Both the position numbers and the translations under genes were made by a program. DNA of 64,000 nt, from contig CALYBB010000036.1 of NCBI GenBank assembly GCA_944393715.1, positions 13,270 through 77,269 of the forward strand, written 5' to 3'. Position 1 is the first letter of the stretch, and the number at the start of each line of letters is the position of its first letter. The notes beneath the pieces are model-generated. The model was not told the DNA's origin. It searched no databases and saw only the letters and a program-made list of their open reading frames with translations. Source of the DNA: an uncultured Alphaproteobacteria bacterium. GTDB taxonomy: Bacteria > Pseudomonadota > Alphaproteobacteria > RF32 > CAG-239. Positions 19,348-29,479 of the stretch are shown piece by piece.

Positions 19348-21141
19348 TCAGCGCATAATTTTCTGCCATATCTGCGCTGGCAGTCCCGAGCCGTAAACAT
19401 ATTTCATCGGCGAGTTATCGTCATTTCCGACCCACACCGCGCAGATAAGTTCATCATCAAAACCGACAAACCAAGCATCACGGTGATCTTGCGATGTTCC
19501 GGTTTTGCCGAAAGCTTCCCGACCGATATTGGCTTTACGGCCGGTTCCGGTTTTCATCACCTCACGCAGCAGCTTTTTCATCAAAACAGTATCTTCTTCA
19601 CTGAAAATCCGAGTCGGTTCGTTTTCGCTGCGTTGATAAAGCTGAAAACCATCGTTGCTATAAATTTCTTCAACTGCGTGCGGCCAAACGGCCAGTCCCC
19701 CGTTAGCAATCGAGGCATAAGCCGCAGCCATATCAACGACCTTAACCCCAGATGAACCGAGAGCCAAAGACAAATCATTCTCCAGAGGCGTGGTAATGCC
19801 CATTTTTTTGGCATTGCGGATGATAGCTCCGGTACCGATTCTGCGTGCCAAATTAATGGTCGCCAGATTAAGCGATTTAGCAAACGCATAGCGCAGGGTT
19901 ACGGGGCCATAAATTTTGCGGTCATCATTTTCCGGTTTCCAGCCGTCAATATTAACTGGCTTGTCTTCAATCATATCTTCCGGCGACATTCCCTGCGCAA
20001 TCGCCGTCATATACACAAACAGCTTAAACGCCGACCCCGGCTGGCGCACGGCTTGAGTCGCGCGGTTAAACTGGCTTTGCTCGTAGTTAACCCCGCCGAC
20101 CATAGCCTTAATAGCGCCTTTTTTATCCATAATTACCACGGCCCCCTGGCTGACATGGTGTTTTTCGGCCATGTCGGCAAGAGTTTCTTGCAAGATGCGC
20201 GAGGCTTTTTCCTGCAATTCTTGATCCAAAGTCGTCAAGGCATAGATATCAACTTCCTGCTCGCCAATATAGGCTTTAATTTCATTATGAGCGTAGTCGG
20301 CAAAATAAGCGCCGTTTTTGACTTTGGCCGGTTTTTCCTTGCCCAAAGGCATTTTAAGGGCGCGTTCATAATCTTTTCCCGACAACAGACCACTATCCCG
20401 CAAAATACCCAAAACCACCGCGGCTCTGTCTAAAGCGCGCTCTTTTGAGGCAATCGGGTTGTAGCGCGACGGCGCTTTAAGCATGCCGGCCAAAATGGCG
20501 CTTTCCAAAATATTCAAATCACGGGATGTTTTTTGAAAATATTTTTGTGCCGCCGCTTCGATTCCGTAAGCCCCGTTACCGAAGTAAACGCGATTGAGAT
20601 AAAGGGTCAAAATCTGCTCTTTGCTGAATTTATATTCCAGCCAGAAGGAGAGCAGAAGCTCTTGAGCCTTACGGGTGATGGTTTTTTTGTTGGTCAAGAA
20701 TAAATTTTTGGCAACCTGTTGGGTAATTGTGCTGCCGCCCTGCACAAAACGACCGGCAAAAATATTGGTCAGCATCGCTCGGGTAAAAGAGATAATATCA
20801 AAACCAAAGTGATCGTAAAATCGCCGGTCTTCGGTATAAACGATGGCATCAATGGTGTATTGCGGCAGTTCTTCGGCACGGACAATCTCCGAATAAACCG
20901 TGCCGAAACTTTGCACTTCATTGCCGTTTTCGGCAACAATGGTGGTCGACGGCAGACGGGTGCGGTTAATAGCCTCATCCATATTCGGCAGCGTCAAAAG
21001 ACAAAACAGCAGATAACCAGCCAGAACAACACCGCCGATTCCGCAAAGCTTAAAAAACAGCGCCGGCCGGCTGTTTTTTTTCTGCCGCCGCCGGGAATGC
21101 TGTTTGTGTTTGGTGATTCTTTTGGTCTTTTTTGCCGCCAT
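19348..21141 (-). CDS. Class A penicillin-binding protein (glycosyltransferase GT51 plus transpeptidase)
   Basis: GT51 motif EDRRFYDHFGFD, and transpeptidase motifs SAFK and KTGT. Start trimmed to MAAKKTKRI at 21141. Confidence 0.9.
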   Translation of the reverse strand: MAAKKTKRITKHKQHSRRRQKKNSRPALFFKLCGIGGVVLAGYLLFCLLTLPNMDEAINRTRLPSTTIVAENGNEVQSFGTVYSEIVRAEELPQYTIDAIVYTEDRRFYDHFGFDIISFTRAMLTNIFAGRFVQGGSTITQQVAKNLFLTNKKTITRKAQELLLSFWLEYKFSKEQILTLYLNRVYFGNGAYGIEAAAQKYFQKTSRDLNILESAILAGMLKAPSRYNPIASKERALDRAAVVLGILRDSGLLSGKDYERALKMPLGKEKPAKVKNGAYFADYAHNEIKAYIGEQEVDIYALTTLDQELQEKASRILQETLADMAEKHHVSQGAVVIMDKKGAIKAMVGGVNYEQSQFNRATQAVRQPGSAFKLFVYMTAIAQGMSPEDMIEDKPVNIDGWKPENDDRKIYGPVTLRYAFAKSLNLATINLARRIGTGAIIRNAKKMGITTPLENDLSLALGSSGVKVVDMAAAYASIANGGLAVWPHAVEEIYSNDGFQLYQRSENEPTRIFSEEDTVLMKKLLREVMKTGTGRKANIGREAFGKTGTSQDHRDAWFVGFDDELICAVWVGNDDNSPMKYVYGSGLPAQIWQKIMR

Positions 21142-21284
21142 GATTAATCCCTTTATCGATTCTTTTTTTCTCTTATAGCATAAAGAGGTTAAATAAATTT
21201 TTAATGGGGTAACTTTGTTTTGAGCTTGGCGCCGCAGCAAATAAATCGTATATTATAGATTATAATTTTTAATCAGAGGTAGCA

Positions 21285-24020
21285 ATGGCGCAAAAAATAT
21301 GTTTGATTGATGGTTCGGGCTATATTTTCAGGGCTTTTTACGGCCTGCCGCCCCTAACTGCGCCGGACGGCACACCGGTCAATGCTGTCTACGGCTTTAC
21401 CAATATGTTTTTGAAACTGACCACCAAAATCCCCTGTGATTATTGTCTGGTTTTATTTGACGCCAAGCGCCAAAATTTTCGCAACAATATTTTTGCGGCT
21501 TACAAAGGCACCCGCAAAGAAACACCGGAGGAGTTGATTCCGCAGTTTCCGCTGATTCGCGAGGCGGTAGATGTCCTAAACATCAGCTTTTTGGAGATGG
21601 AGGGTTTTGAAGCGGATGATTTGATTGCCACCTACGCTGCCAAAGCGCTCAAACAGGGGCTTGAGGTCGTGGTGGTTTCCGGCGATAAAGACTTGATGCA
21701 GCTGATTCGTCCCGGCGTTGAGTTCTATGACCCGATGAAAGACAAGTTTTTTACGCCCGAGGATGTCAAAGAAAAATTCGGCGTTTATCCGGACAAAGTC
21801 GTTGAGGTGCAGGCACTCTCCGGCGACAGTATTGACAATGTTCCCGGAGTTCCGGGGATTGGTCCCAAAACCGCCGCCCAGCTGATTAACGAATACGGCT
21901 CGGTTGAGGGGTTGTTGCAACACGCGGTGGAAATCAAGCAGGAAAAGCGCCGCCAGACGATTCTTGACAACGCCGAAAATGCCCGTATCTCGTTGCAGCT
22001 TGTTACCTTAAAAGCCGATGTTCCGATAACCCGAGAGCTGACGGAGTTTCATTGCCGTTGTCCTGAGGCCGGTAAGTTGCACGCTTTTATTGACAAATAC
22101 GGTTTTAATTCGCTGAAAGCCCGTGCCGACAAATGGCTGGCCGAGCGTTGTTCTCAAGTTGAACATTTGGCGCCGCCACCGATTGTAAAAAATTACCGCT
22201 TGGTGGATAGCGACGCCGCCCTAGCCACTATGGCTGAGCGTTTAAGTGCTGCGGGTCGCTTCGCTTTGGCGGTGGTATCCGACGGCACCAATCCGGTATT
22301 TGACCGTTTGGTGGCGATTGCTTTTGCTGCCGCGGCAGGTGAGGCTTATTATGTTCCTCTAGATATGGATTCGGCCGGTGAAAATATTGATTTATTTACC
22401 GCCGCACCGACGGCTGAAAAGGTTTCCGACGCCGCTTTTGTCAAATACATCTACCCTTTATTGCAAGACAACTCGATTCTCAAAATCGGCCATGATTTGA
22501 AATACGCCATGCACTTTATCACTCGTCGTTTTGGCGAAACGTCTTTTGCGCCTTATGACGATGTGGCGGTCATTTCTTATTGTCTGGACAGCTCCGCCCA
22601 TGGCCATGAGCTCAACACGCTGGCGGCGATATTTATGGATGAGCCATTGCCGGCATTGGATACTTTGCTTGGTTCCGGCAAAAACAAACTGAGCTTTGTC
22701 GCGCTGGATAAAGAGACAGCTAAAAACTATCTGGCCGGCCGTGCCGACTTTGCCTTAAGGCTTTATGATGTGCTCAAAACACGCCTGATTGCCGAAAAAC
22801 GCCTGACCATCTACGAGGCTTTTGACCGCCCGCTGGTTCAAACGCTGTATAACATGGAAAACCGCGGCATCAAGGTCAACGCCGCCGAGCTCCGTGATTT
22901 AAGCGCTTATTTTGACGCCCGCATCAAAGAGCTTGAGGCCGAAATTTTTGCGCTGGCTGGCGAGGAATTCAATGTCGGCTCCCCCAGGCAAATCGGCGAA
23001 ATTTTGTTTACCAAACAGGGTCTGAAAGGCAAGAAGACACCTTCCGGCGCTTGGGCAACCGGTGCTGATGTTCTGGAAGATTTGGCTGATAACGGCGTTG
23101 AGCTGGCCGCCAAAATTCTCGACTGGCGCGAGGTCAGCAAACTAAAGTCAACCTATACTGATTCTCTGTTTGGCCTGCTGGATAAAGAGGGCAGGGTGCA
23201 CACCACCTATGCGCAAACCGTGGCCAACACCGGCCGGCTGGCTTCCAATAACCCCAATTTGCAAAATATCCCCGTCCGCAGCGAAGACGGCCGCAAAATC
23301 CGCTCCTGCTTTATTGCCAAACCCGGCCACAAGCTCATATCCTGCGATTATTCTCAGGTTGAGCTGCGGCTTTTGGCCGATGTGGCTGACGTCAAAAAAC
23401 TCAAAGAAGCCTTTGCCAAAGGCATTGACATTCACACCGCCACCGCCTCACACGTTTTCGGCGTGCCGCCGGAGGCGGTTGATGCCAATCTGCGCCGCCA
23501 TGCCAAGGCAATCAATTTTGGCATTGTTTACGGTATTTCGGCTTTTGGTCTGGCCAAAAACATCGGTGTTTCCACCGCCGAGGCAAAAGCTTATATCGAC
23601 GCCTATTTTGCCCAAATGCCGGAGATTAAGTCCTATATGGACAAAACAATCGCCTTTGCCCATGCTCACGGCTATGTTGAAACACCTTTCGGTCGCCGTT
23701 GTTCGGTTTTGGGTATTAATGACGCCAACAAACGCTTGGTTGCCAATGCCGAGCGTGCGGCTATCAATGCGCCGATTCAAGGAGGTGCCGCTGATATTAT
23801 CAAACTGGCGATGAACAAAATCGAAAAAGTGCTGGCCGCCAAAAATATGCGCACCAAAATGCTTCTACAGGTGCATGATGAGCTGGTTTTTGAATCTCCA
23901 GAGGATGAGCTTAGCCAAGCCATTGAAATTGTTAAATTTAATATGGAAAACATTGTCAATTCCTCGGTACCGTTCAAGGCCGAAGCCGGCATCGGCCGAA
24001 CCTGGACCGAAGCGCACTAA
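21285..24020 (+). CDS. polA: DNA polymerase I
   Basis: 911 aa. 5'-3' exonuclease N-terminus (LIDGSGYIFRAFY), and polymerase motifs DYSQVELRLLA and QVHDELVFE. Confidence 0.97.
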   Translation: MAQKICLIDGSGYIFRAFYGLPPLTAPDGTPVNAVYGFTNMFLKLTTKIPCDYCLVLFDAKRQNFRNNIFAAYKGTRKETPEELIPQFPLIREAVDVLNISFLEMEGFEADDLIATYAAKALKQGLEVVVVSGDKDLMQLIRPGVEFYDPMKDKFFTPEDVKEKFGVYPDKVVEVQALSGDSIDNVPGVPGIGPKTAAQLINEYGSVEGLLQHAVEIKQEKRRQTILDNAENARISLQLVTLKADVPITRELTEFHCRCPEAGKLHAFIDKYGFNSLKARADKWLAERCSQVEHLAPPPIVKNYRLVDSDAALATMAERLSAAGRFALAVVSDGTNPVFDRLVAIAFAAAAGEAYYVPLDMDSAGENIDLFTAAPTAEKVSDAAFVKYIYPLLQDNSILKIGHDLKYAMHFITRRFGETSFAPYDDVAVISYCLDSSAHGHELNTLAAIFMDEPLPALDTLLGSGKNKLSFVALDKETAKNYLAGRADFALRLYDVLKTRLIAEKRLTIYEAFDRPLVQTLYNMENRGIKVNAAELRDLSAYFDARIKELEAEIFALAGEEFNVGSPRQIGEILFTKQGLKGKKTPSGAWATGADVLEDLADNGVELAAKILDWREVSKLKSTYTDSLFGLLDKEGRVHTTYAQTVANTGRLASNNPNLQNIPVRSEDGRKIRSCFIAKPGHKLISCDYSQVELRLLADVADVKKLKEAFAKGIDIHTATASHVFGVPPEAVDANLRRHAKAINFGIVYGISAFGLAKNIGVSTAEAKAYIDAYFAQMPEIKSYMDKTIAFAHAHGYVETPFGRRCSVLGINDANKRLVANAERAAINAPIQGGAADIIKLAMNKIEKVLAAKNMRTKMLLQVHDELVFESPEDELSQAIEIVKFNMENIVNSSVPFKAEAGIGRTWTEAH

Positions 24021-24147
24021 AAAACGCTCCGTATTGAGCCGTAAATTATGCACAAAACATCGGGAAAATTGCAAATTTTGCTATGCTTTTCGGGCAAAAT
24101 GTTCTATATTTTTACCAGATTTTACAGGAAATAAGAGGAAAGAATAA

Positions 24148-26580
<2,433 letters not shown>

Positions 26581-26592
26581 GCAGAGCAAACA

Positions 26593-26630
26593 AAAATCCC
26601 CGAAGATTGCGGCAGCAATTTTCGGGGGAA
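26593..26630. terminator. Hairpin between gyrB and a convergent small ORF (possible bidirectional terminator)
   Basis: TCCCCGAAGATTGC-GGCA-GCAATTTTCGGGGGA. The outer CCCCGAA/TTCGGGG and inner ATTGC/GCAAT arms pair. Confidence 0.5.
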
Positions 26631-26638
26631 AGATTAAT

Positions 26639-26797
26639 CTATGCATTTTTTAATCTGTCTTGCATAGTCATTTTGAATTGTTGATATATATCATTCAACA
26701 GTTCATTTTCTTTTTTGGCGTTACGCCAAGAGCGAACCATAAGTATTGTTGATACGCTCAGCCCTATCAGGGCTAAAAACAAAAATAAAGCTTCCAT
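26639..26797 (-). CDS. Possible 52-aa small membrane protein (below the ORF-track cutoff)
   Basis: My translation is MEALFLFLALIGLSVSTILMVRSWRNAKKENELLNDIYQQFKMTMQDRLKNA, with a hydrophobic N-terminus. A good sigma70-like promoter lies upstream, but there is no clear SD. Confidence 0.25.
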   Translation of the reverse strand: MEALFLFLALIGLSVSTILMVRSWRNAKKENELLNDIYQQFKMTMQDRLKNA

Positions 26798-26824
26798 ATT
26801 ATTTAATAATTTCTTGCAGTATTA

Positions 26825-26853
26825 ATTGTACCATTTTTTGCAACTTTTTGCAA
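26825..26853 (-). promoter_or_regulatory. Sigma70-like promoter candidate (TTGCAA-N17-TACAAT) on the minus strand
   Basis: TTGCAA at 26848-26853 and TACAAT (plus-strand ATTGTA) at 26825-26830, with a 17-nt spacer. A second TTGCAAC repeat lies at 26838-26844. Confidence 0.35.
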
Positions 26854-27114
26854 CACATACAGATGAGCTTAAATCAGTCTAAAGTTTCAATGCCGGTGGG
26901 GTTTGCTCTCGTTTGAAAGCCTGAGCCTGATAGCGTTTAACAACATCTTCCACCATGATTGCGTCAAAACCGGCGGATTCCGTCAACAAGATTATTCCAA
27001 ATTTGCTGCATTAGACGCCTTCTCTTTCCTTAAACTCGGGTTTACCACAATTATAAAAAGGCTTTTGCCGTTTGCCAAGCCGCTTTGTTGAAAATTTTGC
27101 GCCCGACAAATATA

Positions 27115-27142
27115 TTGACTAACGCTAATCTTCGCTTAAACT
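27115..27142 (+). promoter_or_regulatory. Sigma70-like promoter candidate for the porin operon (TTGACT-N16-TAAACT)
   Basis: TTGACT at 27115-27120 and TAAACT at 27137-27142, about 30 nt upstream of the porin ATG. Confidence 0.4.
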
Positions 27143-27173
27143 AAAACAAGTTTTTTCAAAAAAAGAGCAAAAA

Positions 27174-28250
27174 ATGAAAATAAAATATCTGGTTTTGTTG
27201 TTAGGGCTGTTGGCGGCTTTGCCTGTCCGCGCCGGCGAATGGAATTATGACCTTGAGGGGCACGCGCGCACCCTTTACGGCTACAGCGACGTTAAGGATC
27301 ATCATCACGGTATCGGCGCCGGCTGGTTGTCGTCAATGATCGGATATGATTTTAATAACGGTGTATCGGCCGGTCTGTATGCGTTGTTAAACGCCGGTAT
27401 TGACCGCGAGTTGCAAAATTATAATCAGGGTCGCTGGGGCGAAGAAGTCTACGGTATTGTCGATTCGGCTTATGGACAGCTGATGTTGGGGCAGGTTTTC
27501 AATGTTGCCTCGTTGTTCCATAACGGTGCGCCGGCGGTGGGGGCTTTTTCCGCCAATACCGATATTGTCGATTTTATCGCCAACCCCAACTGGCATCGCA
27601 CGGACAAAGAAACCAAATTTGCCACCCTAACCGCCACCGATATCAACACCGACGGCGTTGCGCCGAAAATAAGCTATATCTCACCGGAATTTTACGGCGC
27701 CGCGGTAGGTTTTTCTTATATGCCCGACAGCGACAACCGCCGCGGCCTGATAAACAAACACGCCGGCTATGCCCATGATGACGGATTCGTCGGTGCCGCC
27801 TATTTTGATCATGACTGGGGTTGGTTTTTCAGCAAGGCTTCCATCGGCTATGCCCAGTATCACGGCAATGACAAAGAATATTCCGCCGCTCTCAACATCA
27901 GCCGCGGCAATTGGAATATCGGTGGTGGGTTTCGCAAAACATATATTGACGGTGAGGACAAATCGACGCCGGACAGAAACCTGCCGCTTGATTTTGACGG
28001 CTACCGCGAAGGCTGTGCGTGGAATATAGGTTTAGGTTATGAGATAGGCCCGTTTGCCTCGGCATTAACTTACTTTGACAGCAAGGCCGATAACGCGGAC
28101 AACCGCAACAAAATAGTTGCCTTTTCCAACCAATACGGTTTTAATAAATATGTCGATATTTATGCGGCCGCCGCTTATGTCGACTATGATGCTGCCGGCG
28201 AGAGCGAAACAGGCTGGGCGGCGGTTGCCGGTTTGGGAGTAAGTTTTTAA
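27174..28250 (+). CDS. Outer-membrane beta-barrel porin-like protein
   Basis: Signal peptide MKIKYLVLLLGLLAALPVRA, aromatic/Gly-rich alternating segments, and a C-terminal ...VAGLGVSF ending in Phe. Confidence 0.6.
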   Translation: MKIKYLVLLLGLLAALPVRAGEWNYDLEGHARTLYGYSDVKDHHHGIGAGWLSSMIGYDFNNGVSAGLYALLNAGIDRELQNYNQGRWGEEVYGIVDSAYGQLMLGQVFNVASLFHNGAPAVGAFSANTDIVDFIANPNWHRTDKETKFATLTATDINTDGVAPKISYISPEFYGAAVGFSYMPDSDNRRGLINKHAGYAHDDGFVGAAYFDHDWGWFFSKASIGYAQYHGNDKEYSAALNISRGNWNIGGGFRKTYIDGEDKSTPDRNLPLDFDGYREGCAWNIGLGYEIGPFASALTYFDSKADNADNRNKIVAFSNQYGFNKYVDIYAAAAYVDYDAAGESETGWAAVAGLGVSF

Positions 28251-28861
28251 TGCCGAATATTTTGGTGATATCAGACAATGAGGTTTTTAAGGCGGATCTT
28301 TTAGATCAGATAAGCCGCTACGCACCAGAGTTTAATATTGCTAACGCAATTACAAATGCCGATGTTGTAGTCATTGATGAAAAAGAGGATATTTTGCACG
28401 AAATAACGGCTAAAGATCTTAAAACGCCGCTGATTTTTTTAACATCGCAAAACAATATGCCGACAGCCGCGTGGCAGGTTTTGGAAAAGCCACTTTTTTT
28501 GAGCCATCTTTTAGATATGATTAAAGCGGCTATCAATGTTTTTGAAAGATCGGCAGACGGCAGTTTAGAGTTTAACCGCTATATTCTGTATCCGGCACGC
28601 AAAGAGATTCTGAATTGCCGCAATGATGAAACAACCAAACTAACCGAAAAAGAAGTAGCTATCATCAAATATTTATACAAAAACCAAGAGCGTATCATAA
28701 GCAAAAATGATCTAATGCGGGAAGTATGGGGTTATTCGGTTGATGTTGCTACCCACACGGTCGAAACGCATATTTACCGTTTGCGTCAAAAAGTTGAAAA
28801 AGACAATCCGGAAGCACAACTGATCCTGACTTCGGACGGCGGCTATCAGCTTAAGGTCTAA
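28250..28861 (+). CDS. OmpR/PhoB-type winged-helix response regulator with a short receiver
   Basis: C-terminal LTEKEVAIIKYLYKNQERIISKNDLMREVWGYSVDVATHTVETHIYRLRQKVE is a winged helix. The receiver-like N-terminus has ILVISDNE, VVVID, FLTS and EKP. Its ATG overlaps the porin stop (TAATG). Confidence 0.7.
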   Translation: MPNILVISDNEVFKADLLDQISRYAPEFNIANAITNADVVVIDEKEDILHEITAKDLKTPLIFLTSQNNMPTAAWQVLEKPLFLSHLLDMIKAAINVFERSADGSLEFNRYILYPARKEILNCRNDETTKLTEKEVAIIKYLYKNQERIISKNDLMREVWGYSVDVATHTVETHIYRLRQKVEKDNPEAQLILTSDGGYQLKV

Positions 28862-29390
28862 AATCTTCAACGAAGAATCTTTTTCTGTCATCCTTTTTTT
28901 TATTGTCAACCTAAGCATCCTTTACTGTCATCCTGAGCGGAGCGAAGGATCTCCTCCTTACCGTCATCCTATCTCCCTTTTCTTGTCATCCTGAGCCCCT
29001 TTTCACTGTCATCCTATCCCTCTTTCCCGTCATCCTGAGCGTGAGCGAAGGATCTCTTAGATTCTTCGTCGCTGTTGCTCCTCAGAATGACAAGAAAAGA
29101 AATGCTCCTCAGAATGACATTAAACTTTAAACTGTCATTCCTCCGAGGCTTTAGGCGCACCCAAACAATGTCATGCCGCCGAACAAAGTGAGGCTCAGGC
29201 ATCTTCCACTGTTTATAATACAAGCGGAAGATCGCTGATCCGGCGGAAGAATGCTTGCCTAACGGAGCGATGACAGTTTAAATAGGAAGAATGCTTGGAC
29301 GGGAGGGGTGACAGTTTAAATAAGAGGAATGCCTGCCTAACGGAGCGATGACAGTTTTAAATAGCAAGGCGGCATGACAGAAGGAAGGAC
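28862..29390. repeat. Cluster A of TGTCAT...ATCTTC hairpin repeats (about 15 full or partial units, both orientations)
   Basis: GTCAT heads at 28887, 28927, 28963, 28985, 29008, 29029, 29133 and 29169. Inverted heads (ATGAC) at about 29087, 29114, 29271, 29309, 29349 and 29375. There is a full 63-bp foldback at 29029-29091, and three tandem units of about 40 bp at 29245-29365. Confidence 0.85.
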
Positions 29391-29479
29391 AACAAAGCCG
29401 CTCGTTGCAATTTCATAACAAGCGGCCTGAACTAAAAAAACACAACCTTGCTTCAAAAAGTGCGGCTCTAAAACATATA

